IMG/VR virus record: IMGVR_UViG_3300028840_003311 | Length of the DNA stretch: 53,982 nucleotides | Direction: 5' to 3' (one strand) | DNA from: a virus | Shown here: piece by piece, positions 35,722-43,147 of the stretch | How the letters are laid out: every line of letters begins with the position of its first letter | How positions within the stretch are numbered: the stretch's first letter is position 1 | Program-made: the position numbers and the translations under genes | Notes under the pieces: generated by a model | The model's input: only the letters and a program-made list of their open reading frames with translations | Database searches by the model: none | Told to the model about the DNA's origin: nothing

Positions 35722-35750
35722 ATCATACCACAATAGCAAAAACTTGTCAA
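35722..35750 (-). promoter_or_regulatory. Sigma70-type promoter with conserved upstream block
   Basis: The minus strand reads TTGACAagtttttgctattgTGGTATGAT. Confidence 0.75.
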
Positions 35751-35853
35751 GGGCCAGTTTTGCCCTTTTCTAAAAGTTTAAGGTTGGGCAGGCTGGCCAG
35801 GCAGCGCCCTGGGGATGGCCGTTTGGCGCGTTTTGGCCAAGAAAAAAAAAGTA

Positions 35854-35941
35854 AAATCCCCAGGACGTCGCACAGTAACCCCTCCTTTGAATATCCACGC
35901 TCATTCTGAGATACGTTATGATATGGTCACTTGACACTCAG
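35854..35941 (-). repeat. Copy B of the perfect 88-bp inverted repeat (partner 3714-3801)
   Basis: Exact reverse complement of 3714-3801. On the minus strand it lies between the terminator (35945-35987) and a T9 run (35843-35851). Confidence 0.9.
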
Positions 35942-35944
35942 CGA

Positions 35945-35987
35945 CAAAAAGACGCCCAAAAGGGCTTTTTTGGTCCTTTTGGGCGTC
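35945..35987 (-). terminator. Intrinsic terminator after the Rmf-like gene
   Basis: The minus strand reads GACGCCCAAAAGG-N11-CCTTTTGGGCGTC followed by TTTTTG. Confidence 0.7.
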
Positions 35988-36009
35988 TTGGTGGGCCTGG
36001 GCGGCCTGG

Positions 36010-36219
36010 CTATCGGGTAGCTTGAGGTGGCGCCTTGGGCGCGGCCTGGGCCTCTGCGATTCGGTTCATCTGTTCGTTGCGGTCTTGCCAGCCTTGGCGC
36101 CAGGCGTCCACAAGTTCGGCGTCCTGGCCCTTGAACGGGCAGTCATTCAGGGAGACGCCTGAACCGTGGGCGTCCCATCCGCTCCAGCGTGCGACGGTGC
36201 GCTGACGTTGTGTAGCCAC
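36010..36219 (-). CDS. Small Rmf-like (ribosome modulation factor-like) protein
   Basis: GTG 36219 after AAAGGAGG. GWDAHGSGVSLNDCPFKGQDAELVDAWRQGWQDR parallels the Rmf pattern G-x-x-A-x-x-G...CPY...W-x-x-GW. Confidence 0.55.
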   Translation of the reverse strand: MATQRQRTVARWSGWDAHGSGVSLNDCPFKGQDAELVDAWRQGWQDRNEQMNRIAEAQAAPKAPPQATR

Positions 36220-36230
36220 GTGGGCCTCCT

Positions 36231-36587
36231 TTACCCGTAGGGCCTGACGCCGGACATGTCCGGCTCTTCTGTGAAAAAAGTCACCAAGCTGACCAGGAAG
36301 GCGCCAGGGCGCCAGTTCGTGAAGTGCCAGTGAAGGCGGTCCCATACCGTCCACTTGGGCGTCCTGGGCGCGTGGGCCTGGGCCTCGCCGCGCGTTTCGG
36401 CGTCTGCGTCTGGATCGTGGGCCAGGTGGTAGGTGTAGGCCTTGTCCTCGGCGGCCATACGCTGGGTGTATCGCCAGTAGTGGGCGGCCTCCATCTTAGC
36501 ATCGGTCCACATCTCGGCCAGGGCCAGGCGGGTGAGCACTCGGCCGTAACGGTTCGAGATCCGGAGGGGATTCAGTTTGATGTGCAT
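36231..36587 (-). CDS. Hypothetical protein
   Basis: ATG 36587 after AAAGGAGCAAGACA. The 272-aa track ORF N-terminus is an Arg/Pro-rich read-through across a hairpin and the upstream gene. Confidence 0.55.
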   Translation of the reverse strand: MHIKLNPLRISNRYGRVLTRLALAEMWTDAKMEAAHYWRYTQRMAAEDKAYTYHLAHDPDADAETRGEAQAHAPRTPKWTVWDRLHWHFTNWRPGAFLVSLVTFFTEEPDMSGVRPYG

Positions 36588-36607
36588 TGTCTTGCTCCTT
36601 TGTGGCC

Positions 36608-36629
36608 AGGGCGCCCAGGCGGGCGCCCT
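36608..36629 (-). repeat. Intergenic GGGCGCCC-pair hairpin
   Basis: AGGGCGCCC-aggc-GGGCGCCCT followed by TTGGCGGT. Confidence 0.7.
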
Positions 36630-36643
36630 TGGCGGTGATGGCT

Positions 36644-37213
36644 CTACAGCCACGTTTCCAGTTCGGGCGCGTCCATGTTCTCTTCCAAAAAGTCCAAGAT
36701 GACGCGGCGGGCCAGGTACAGGGAGCGCCGTTTTCCCGCCAGGCGCCCTTGGAGGCGGACGCCCATCCGGGAGCCGCAGCGAGTGGTGTACAGGGCGGCG
36801 CCCAAGGGCTTGCCGATCTCGTTGGCGTGGAACGTGATCGTGTCGTCCTCCCGAAAGATGAGGGTGTACTTGTACCCTTGGAAGTCGGCATCCAGGGCGT
36901 GGACGGTGGCGGGCGTCGGCTCGGGTACGTCTACCTGGGCGTAGAAACATTGGCGGCCAGACACGGCGGTGAACGTCCAGGTGAGGCGGGCGCGGAACAC
37001 GCCCTCGTGCAGTTCGGACGGGCCGAGCAGTTCCACATCCGGGTCGCACATCGCGTCCAGCTTGAGCTCGGGCGGGATGGCCTCAAGGGCGGCGGTGACG
37101 GCCTGGGCCTCCAAGTCGTGGGTCATGTTCGGGTCCAGCGGGAACACGACGGTGGCTGTGTAGGTGTGCTCGTGCTCATAATCCAGTTGAACGGCTACGT
37201 TATTCTCTGACAT
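36644..37213 (-). CDS. Hypothetical protein
   Basis: ATG 37213 after AAGGAGG. Confidence 0.6.
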   Translation of the reverse strand: MSENNVAVQLDYEHEHTYTATVVFPLDPNMTHDLEAQAVTAALEAIPPELKLDAMCDPDVELLGPSELHEGVFRARLTWTFTAVSGRQCFYAQVDVPEPTPATVHALDADFQGYKYTLIFREDDTITFHANEIGKPLGAALYTTRCGSRMGVRLQGRLAGKRRSLYLARRVILDFLEENMDAPELETWL

Positions 37214-37237
37214 CGGTTGCCTCCTTGGGTGGCGTGG

Positions 37238-37260
37238 AGGGCGCCCACGGGCGGCGCCCT
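37238..37260 (-). repeat. Intergenic GGCGCC-pair hairpin
   Basis: AGGGCGCC-cacgggc-GGCGCCCT followed by TGGCGGT. Confidence 0.7.
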
Positions 37261-37269
37261 TGGCGGTTT

Positions 37270-37971
37270 CTAGTCCTCGGGCGGGAACTGTTCGCGCTGG
37301 ATCTGCTCCCAAGCCTCGATCTCTTCGGGCGTGCAGCCTGGCGGCGGTTCCAGGTCGGCGGCGATGTCGTCAAAATCCAGGGCGTAGACGTCTACGGCGT
37401 TCATCCCGTAGCGCCCACCATCCAGGTCCCAGATGTAGCGCTGGAAGTCGGCGGCGTCCCCGAAAATGGCGGTGTCCACAAAGACGTACCCATCGGCGCC
37501 GTCGATCTCGGCGCCAGCGTTGAAACCCGTCTCGCGTAGGGCCTGGGCCAGGCTGTGAGCGATGGCCTGCTGAACTTCGATGCACCAGGACCGCGTCGGG
37601 TGGGCGGGCGCCTCGCTGATCTCGACGTAGAGGATGGCCCAGGAATCTTTCGGCCAAGGCTTGGTCTCGAACCGTAGGTGGTCCTTGGTGGCCTTGTCGG
37701 TGGCGCGGTAGGCGCCGTTTTGCCAGGCCAAGGGCGTCACTTCCAGACCGTGGGCGACGGCGAAATGGGTCAGGTCGGCCAGGCGGGCCAGCGTGCTGTT
37801 CTGGCTCGTGTAGTAGTACGAGGTGGCCAGTTCCCAAACCTGGGCGCCCAGGTGGCGCGTCTTTTTCGTCTGTCGCAGGCGTATCCCATAGTCGTCGGCC
37901 AGTTCGGCGGCCTTGGTGGTTTCATAGCGGTGCTCTTTGAAGGCTTTGACCATCTTGGTGGCGGTCGTCAT
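37270..37971 (-). CDS. Hypothetical protein
   Basis: ATG after AAGGAGCAGACCG. Confidence 0.6.
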   Translation of the reverse strand: MTTATKMVKAFKEHRYETTKAAELADDYGIRLRQTKKTRHLGAQVWELATSYYYTSQNSTLARLADLTHFAVAHGLEVTPLAWQNGAYRATDKATKDHLRFETKPWPKDSWAILYVEISEAPAHPTRSWCIEVQQAIAHSLAQALRETGFNAGAEIDGADGYVFVDTAIFGDAADFQRYIWDLDGGRYGMNAVDVYALDFDDIAADLEPPPGCTPEEIEAWEQIQREQFPPED

Positions 37972-37994
37972 CGGTCTGCTCCTTGGTGGCGCCT

Positions 37995-38016
37995 GGGCGC
38001 CTAGTGGGCGGCGCCC
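37995..38016 (-). repeat. Intergenic GGCGCC-pair hairpin (three GGCGCC copies nearby)
   Basis: GGGCGCC-tagtgggc-GGCGCCC followed by TTGGCGGT. An extra GGCGCC lies at 37988-37993. Confidence 0.7.
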
Positions 38017-38025
38017 TTGGCGGTT

Positions 38026-38349
38026 CTAGTCGGCTATTTCACACTCGCGGTGGAGGATGTCCAGGTAGTAGCGATAGGCCACCTTGGCCAGGCCATCGTC
38101 ACACTGCGTGATCTGCTGAAAGGCGACGATCTTGGCGGCGGTCAGTTCTCCGCGCGTTTGGGGGATGTGGATCGTCTCGTAGTCGAATCCCCAGGTGGTG
38201 ATGGTGATTTCGGTCGGCGTTTCGGAGTCCAGAGCCAGTTCCAAAACCCACGGCGTTCCCCATCGGTCTTTATACGTCCGGGCGTCCTGGTCGGCTATCA
38301 GGTGGGCGGTGGCCTGTTGGGTGGCCTGTTTCAGTGCTTTTGTCATCAT
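38026..38349 (-). CDS. Hypothetical protein
   Basis: ATG 38349 after AAAGAGAG-ccgaccg. The leader matches that of 32960-33757. Confidence 0.55.
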   Translation of the reverse strand: MMTKALKQATQQATAHLIADQDARTYKDRWGTPWVLELALDSETPTEITITTWGFDYETIHIPQTRGELTAAKIVAFQQITQCDDGLAKVAYRYYLDILHRECEIAD

Positions 38350-38385
38350 CGGTCGGCTCTCTTTCTGGCCCAAACGGGCCAAGGT

Positions 38386-38406
38386 GGGCGCCCTGGGGCG
38401 GCGCCC
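38386..38406 (-). repeat. Intergenic GGGCGCCC-pair hairpin
   Basis: GGGCGCCC-tggggc-GGCGCCC followed by TTGGCGGC. Confidence 0.7.
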
Positions 38407-38446
38407 TTGGCGGCTACTTAGGCTATTTCGCGCTGGGCCTGCGTGG

Positions 38447-38830
38447 CTACTTGGCCACAAACTCGCCCCATTGATCAATTTCGCGCCCGGCCAAAAGCGC
38501 GGCGAACTCTCGAGCCTCGGCATATGTGGCCAGCGCGCGGGCGCCCTTGCCGAAAAATGAAAAATTGTCTAGCGGGCTTGTGTTTAGCTTGATCTCGTTC
38601 CAACCGACGTCTGACCGCTCATCAAAACCCCAGTAGTCCTGACGCCCATAAAAGCGCCCTTGGGCGCCTTTGTTCAGGATCGTCGAAAAGCTCAACTCGG
38701 CCTTCACGCCGGACTCTGGGAGGACAAACGCCACATGGGCGCGCGCGCGGTTGGTGCTCGGCCCATAAAAGCGCCCACCCACCAACTCGACAAAAGCCTC
38801 AAGGTCTGCTCTCTTCACATAAACTGCCAT
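38447..38830 (-). CDS. Hypothetical protein (first gene of the leftward arm)
   Basis: ATG after CAGGAGG. About 35 nt downstream of the predicted start of the 38.87 kb promoter. Confidence 0.6.
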   Translation of the reverse strand: MAVYVKRADLEAFVELVGGRFYGPSTNRARAHVAFVLPESGVKAELSFSTILNKGAQGRFYGRQDYWGFDERSDVGWNEIKLNTSPLDNFSFFGKGARALATYAEAREFAALLAGREIDQWGEFVAK

Positions 38831-38871
38831 CTCGCTACCTCCTGGGTTTCAGTTCATCAAACTATGGCACT

Positions 38872-38900
38872 ATCATACCACAATAAGCAAAGATTGTCAA
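38872..38900 (-). promoter_or_regulatory. Leftward sigma70-type promoter with conserved upstream block
   Basis: The minus strand reads TTGACAatctttgcttattgTGGTATGAT. Confidence 0.75.
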
Positions 38901-38949
38901 GGGCCAGTTTTGACCTTTGCTCAAATTTTAAGGTTGGGGTACGACCAGG

Positions 38950-38978
38950 TTGACAGGGCGCGCGTGATGTGTTACAAT
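38950..38978 (+). promoter_or_regulatory. Rightward sigma70-type promoter (divergent from 38872-38900)
   Basis: TTGACA-gggcgcgcgtgatgtgt-TACAAT has a 17-nt spacer and an extended -10 TG. Confidence 0.7.
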
Positions 38979-39025
38979 GAAGTTGTTCTGCTCCCAGGGA
39001 GGGCGCCCTGATGTCTTACTAGCGG

Positions 39026-39664
39026 GTGGGACTAAACCACAGGGCGCCCGCTCAATCGGTGGCTCTCACGCTGGGTGGCGTGACCACATACAAGGGACCA
39101 TCGCCCTCCCCCCCAGGCGGTGGTCCTTTGACAAAAGGCGGTGTCTTGGCTCAGCTTTTCATCTTCTTGGTCGTTGCGAACGCCATAGGGGGAGCCGGAA
39201 CCTCTTACGCTGGGGAGTTCGTTGGCCGCCCTCTTTATTGCTCTCCGCCAGGTGGCCCCCATCTCTACTACACCCAGGCCCAGCTACAACAGACGCCCTG
39301 GGTGGCCCTGCCCGTGGGCGGGACTTGGGCCTGCGGAGACCCGATTCTTGTCGTCCCCAACAATCCAGCCTGGGCGTCGCTTGTGGTCCAAGCCCTGGAC
39401 GCTGGGCCTCTGGATGGCTACTATGTGGGGCGGCATCCTATCATTGTAGACGTGCCTCGCGCTCTGGCGCCCTGGCCAGCCTTGAGCGCGCGCGTCAAAA
39501 TCGTCAACTTGGCCGTTTTGGTCAAGCAAGCGGAAAGGGCGACTGAATGTCCGATTCTACCGTACCTCAGAGCCAAGATGGCATTCTCCGGATCGAGTAC
39601 ATCCCACTGGCGCAGTTACTTCTCCTGGACGATAACCCCAAGCTGCATGACCTTGGCGCCCTGA
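39026..39664 (+). CDS. Membrane-anchored DPBB/3D-domain-like protein (lytic transglycosylase-like); start uncertain
   Basis: TM helix VLAQLFIFLVVANAI, then GEFVGRPLYC...WVALPVGGTWACGDPILVV...VQALDAGPLDGYYVGRHPIIVDVP. Alternative starts at 39079 (GTG) or 39129 (TTG). The 3' end overlaps the next gene by 118 nt. Confidence 0.45.
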   Translation: MGLNHRAPAQSVALTLGGVTTYKGPSPSPPGGGPLTKGGVLAQLFIFLVVANAIGGAGTSYAGEFVGRPLYCSPPGGPHLYYTQAQLQQTPWVALPVGGTWACGDPILVVPNNPAWASLVVQALDAGPLDGYYVGRHPIIVDVPRALAPWPALSARVKIVNLAVLVKQAERATECPILPYLRAKMAFSGSSTSHWRSYFSWTITPSCMTLAP

Positions 39665-40320
39665 TTGACTCCATAGGGCGTTACGGATTCAAGGACCCGC
39701 CCAAGTTCGAGCCGACCTTGAACGGCGGCAGCGGTGGCGTAGTGGAGGGAAACGGGCGGACCCAGGCGCTACGCTGGATGCAAAAGCAGGGGCGCGACGT
39801 CCCGCGTGGCATCGCCCTGGCGGAGGATGGAGACTGGGCGGTCCCGGTGTTGTTCGGCGTCGACGCGGAGAGCGAGGCGGCGGCCAAGGCGTACAGCCTG
39901 GACCACAACAACCTGACCTTGGCGGGCGGGGACTTGACCGCGTTCGACTACACACGCATGTATAGTGCAGACTACGTGACGTTCCTTGACGCCCTGGCCC
40001 AGGCCGACCAGCTCCCCGTGTCTATTGACGGCGACACGTTGGACACCCTGAGATTCCTCTCTGATGAGACGTTTGTGGGGGAAGAGATCCCCGACCTGGC
40101 GGGTTGGGAAGAGCCAGCCAAGGACCACAGGCTCATTGTCCAATGCGCCAGCGAGGGCCAGCTTGAGCGCCTGGCGATGCACCTCGGGCTTGAGTGGAAA
40201 TCTGGCCGTGTTCGCTTCCACTTCAGGGATACCACGCTGGCGACTGAAGAGGACCAGGAGACCGAGAGCGACGTGGACGCCCAGGTCGCGCCCAGGCTGG
40301 CAGATGACAGCCCACTATAG
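39547..40320 (+). CDS. ParB/Srx-fold N-terminal domain protein
   Basis: IEYIPLAQLLLLDDNPKLHD...VVEGNGRTQAL matches the ParB-like nuclease domain layout. Acidic C-terminus. Confidence 0.6.
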   Translation: MSDSTVPQSQDGILRIEYIPLAQLLLLDDNPKLHDLGALIDSIGRYGFKDPPKFEPTLNGGSGGVVEGNGRTQALRWMQKQGRDVPRGIALAEDGDWAVPVLFGVDAESEAAAKAYSLDHNNLTLAGGDLTAFDYTRMYSADYVTFLDALAQADQLPVSIDGDTLDTLRFLSDETFVGEEIPDLAGWEEPAKDHRLIVQCASEGQLERLAMHLGLEWKSGRVRFHFRDTTLATEEDQETESDVDAQVAPRLADDSPL

Positions 40321-41575
40321 GGCGGCTGACGACCTGCCAGCCTACGAGAGTCCGCGGTGGAGCCAGGAAATCACGGACTGCTCTATGCCTTTGACGCTGG
40401 ACCAGTACAGCCGGTGCGGATACGATTGCCAATACTGTTTTGCCTATTTCAGAAAAGCCATTGGGAACACAAAGGCTCGGTACTTGTCCAGGGGCGTGGG
40501 CGTAGTCGATGTGAACAAGGTCAAGCGCGTTTTCACAGATCCAGAGTATCCCCAGTTTGGCGCCTTCACACGCCAGCGTTTGGCTGTCCAATGGGGCGGC
40601 ATGGCTGACCCGTTCTGTCCCCTGGAGCATCGCTATGGAGTGGGCCTTGAATTGATCGAGTTCTTTAGGGAGCTGCGTTACCCTATCTCGTTCAGCACCA
40701 AGGGCACATGGTGGACGGAGGACGCGCGGTATGTAGAGCAGTTCAAAGGCGCCGACCACTTCCACGTCAAGATGTCCATTATCACCACAGACAAGGCCAA
40801 GGCCGCCAAGATAGAGCGCGGCGTCCCTGGGCCAGCCCTGCGTCTCAAGGCTATAGAGCGGATGGCCAGGTGGGGCATTGGCGGCATTACGCTGCGGCTC
40901 CGCCCATTCATCTTGGGCGTTTCCACGCCCAGCTACCTGGAGCTCATTCGCCAGGCTGCGGACGCGGGCGCGGAGGCTGTCAGCACTGAGTTTTTGTGCG
41001 TGGAGCTACGCACACCGGGCGCCAAGGCGCGCTACAGGAGAATCGGCAAGCTGGCTGGCTACCCTTTGATTGAGCAATATCAGCTACACAGTCCAGGCCA
41101 GAGCGGCTACCTGCGAGGATCCCGAGGGATGAAGGCGCCCTTTATGCGGTCGATGCAAGCGGAATGCGAACGCTTGGGCCTGCGGTTCTATGTCAGTGAC
41201 GCCCACTTCAAGGAGATGTGCGTGGGCGCGTCCTGCTGCGGCCTGCGGGAGTCCTGGAACTACTCTCGTGGCCAATTCACCCAAGCCCTGCTCATTGCCA
41301 AGGAGCGCGGGCGGGTGATGTGGTCAGACATCGCGCCAGCCTTGGAGTACGCGCGCGGCATCCCGTTTACCACTGCGACCGGATTCAATCAGACGTCCAG
41401 CGAAAAGCGTGGGCAGTTCCACAGTTGGAGCATGTTCGACTGGCTGCACTACCTGTGGAACCACGTCAACGGGCCACGTGGGCCTTACAAGTATTTCGGC
41501 GGCGTCTTGTTGCCGGCCGAGGACCTGGACGCGGCGGGCGACGTGGTCTATGTGTACAATGGAGAGGCGGCATAG
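40304..41575 (+). CDS. Radical SAM enzyme, SplB/COG1533-like
   Basis: CX3CX2C motif C-GYD-C-QY-C followed by FAYF. About 420 aa. The ATG overlaps the upstream gene by 17 nt. Confidence 0.7.
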   Translation: MTAHYRAADDLPAYESPRWSQEITDCSMPLTLDQYSRCGYDCQYCFAYFRKAIGNTKARYLSRGVGVVDVNKVKRVFTDPEYPQFGAFTRQRLAVQWGGMADPFCPLEHRYGVGLELIEFFRELRYPISFSTKGTWWTEDARYVEQFKGADHFHVKMSIITTDKAKAAKIERGVPGPALRLKAIERMARWGIGGITLRLRPFILGVSTPSYLELIRQAADAGAEAVSTEFLCVELRTPGAKARYRRIGKLAGYPLIEQYQLHSPGQSGYLRGSRGMKAPFMRSMQAECERLGLRFYVSDAHFKEMCVGASCCGLRESWNYSRGQFTQALLIAKERGRVMWSDIAPALEYARGIPFTTATGFNQTSSEKRGQFHSWSMFDWLHYLWNHVNGPRGPYKYFGGVLLPAEDLDAAGDVVYVYNGEAA

Positions 41576-42370
41576 ATGACCAGGTACCCGATCTACATAC
41601 CGTCAAAAGGGCGGGCGACTACGGCCTCTACGCCCAGGCTGCTGGGCGACCTGCCATACACCTTGGTAGTTGAGCCGACAGACCTGGGCGCATACCGTGA
41701 GTCCTTCCCGGGTGCAGACATCCTCGCGCTGGACACGTGCGACCGTGGGGCGCAATACGCACGCCAGGCCGCCCTTGCCCACGCCCGAGGCCTGGGCGTG
41801 GGCGCCTTGTGGCAACTTGACGACGACCTGACCGGGCTGTATCGCGTCGCGGCCGGAAAGTGTACGCGGTGCCCTGCTGCGGAGGCCCTGGCCTACGCGG
41901 AAACCCTGATGGACGCCCTCCCGCGCGTGGGGATCGTGGGGTTTGCTGTGCGCCAGTTCGCTTGGTCTGCAAGTAAAGCGTATGAGTGGAACAGATACCC
42001 GGTGATGTGCATCCTGGCCAGCACATCCACAGGCATCGACTACGACCCGGACATCTACCTGGCCGAGGACCTGGCCTTTTGGCTGGCCCACGTGGAGGCG
42101 TTTTGGCGTTCTATCAAGGTCAACGCTTACGCGGTGGCCGCCAGGCCGATGGCCAGCGCACACGAGGGCGGCTACCAGAAGATGTATTCTACAGAGAACG
42201 CGACTCGATACGGGAAGATGGTAGCCAGGCGCTACGCCCGATTTGTGGAGTTCAAGCCTTTGCGCCCAGGGGAATGCATTGGGTGGTCCCGTGTGCGCTA
42301 CGACGCCGTTGACGCTCACTTGGCCAGGCTGGGCAGCACCTCGGCCAGGCTAGAGAGGGAGGGCGCGTAG
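41576..42370 (+). CDS. GT-A-like glycosyltransferase (paralogue 1)
   Basis: N-terminal YPIYIPSKGRA and the DxD-type motif WQLDDDL. TAGATG junction with the upstream gene. Roughly half of positions are identical by eye to 42371-43147. Confidence 0.5.
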   Translation: MTRYPIYIPSKGRATTASTPRLLGDLPYTLVVEPTDLGAYRESFPGADILALDTCDRGAQYARQAALAHARGLGVGALWQLDDDLTGLYRVAAGKCTRCPAAEALAYAETLMDALPRVGIVGFAVRQFAWSASKAYEWNRYPVMCILASTSTGIDYDPDIYLAEDLAFWLAHVEAFWRSIKVNAYAVAARPMASAHEGGYQKMYSTENATRYGKMVARRYARFVEFKPLRPGECIGWSRVRYDAVDAHLARLGSTSARLEREGA

Positions 42371-43147
42371 ATGCTAAAATACCCGGTGTACATACCGTCG
42401 AAAGGGCGCGCGGGCCTGGCCACGACTCCGAACCTGCTGGGTGGCCTGCAGCCCATCTTGGCGGTGGAAGCGCCGGAGGCCGACGCGTACAAGGGCGCCT
42501 TCCCACACGCGGACATTCTGGCCTTGGACCCGGTGCGCGACCGCGGCGTACAGCGCGCGCGTCAAGCGTGCCTAGAACACGCTCGGCGCCTGGGCGTAAA
42601 GGCCCACTGGCAGCTCGACGACGACCTGACGCGGTTTTGCCGCGTGGAGAACCGACGTGCCAGGGACTGTTTCGCCGTGGATGCCCTGGCTTACGGGGAG
42701 GGTATCATGGACGCCTACGCGCGCGTGGGGATGGTGGGCTACAATACGCGAGAGTATGCCTGGGGCGCCAGGAAAGCATGGGACTGGAACAGGTTTGGGG
42801 CCAGGTGTGTACTAATCAATACGACCACAGGCATTGACTATGACCCGGGCCTGTTCCTTGCGGAGGACCTTGTTTTCTGGCTGGCCCACGTGGAGGCGTT
42901 TTGGCGGACCGTCAAGGTCAATGCCTACGGCATAACCACACAAGCCGTGTCCGGGGAGCTAGAGGGCGGGTGCAGCGATGTCTATAGCACAGAGAACGCG
43001 AACAGGTGTGGGAAGGCCGCGGCAGCGCGCATGTCTCGCTTTCTTGAGTTTTTGCCACTGAAACCGGGCCAGGTGATTGGATGGTCCCGCATTCGCTACG
43101 ACGCCATTGACGCCCACTTGGCCAAGTTTGGACAAAAGGAGGAATGA
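42371..43147 (+). CDS. GT-A-like glycosyltransferase (paralogue 2)
   Basis: YPVYIPSKGRA and WQLDDDL. Shares the conserved block GIDYDP..FLAEDL.FWLAHVEAFWR..KVNAY with its paralogue. Confidence 0.5.
   Translation: MLKYPVYIPSKGRAGLATTPNLLGGLQPILAVEAPEADAYKGAFPHADILALDPVRDRGVQRARQACLEHARRLGVKAHWQLDDDLTRFCRVENRRARDCFAVDALAYGEGIMDAYARVGMVGYNTREYAWGARKAWDWNRFGARCVLINTTTGIDYDPGLFLAEDLVFWLAHVEAFWRTVKVNAYGITTQAVSGELEGGCSDVYSTENANRCGKAAAARMSRFLEFLPLKPGQVIGWSRIRYDAIDAHLAKFGQKEE

Noticed and set aside
3714-35941. The 88-bp inverted repeats as terminal inverted repeats of a transposon or IS
   Set aside because: The 32 kb between them contains essential tail, lysis and replication genes and no transposase. 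No target-site duplication is evident at the outer edges.
36588-37049. N-terminal 154 codons of track ORF 36231-37049
   Set aside because: This stretch is Arg/Pro-rich and reads across the GGGCGCCC hairpin at 36608-36629 and the 3' part of gene 36644-37213. A strong RBS plus ATG at 36587 gives a sensible 118-aa protein.
33794-38406. Repeated GGGCGCCC hairpins as a possible CRISPR array
   Set aside because: The units are 20-27 bp palindromes separated by whole genes (0.3-1 kb), not by regular 25-40 bp spacers. No cas genes are present.
38977-39546. 189-aa ORF that ends exactly at the ParB-like start codon
   Set aside because: The translation is Arg/Gly/Ser/Leu-rich with no secondary-structure-like pattern. 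The overlapping frame 39026-39664 shows a TM helix and DPBB-like motifs. It is kept only as a hint of a possible indel near 39.5 kb.
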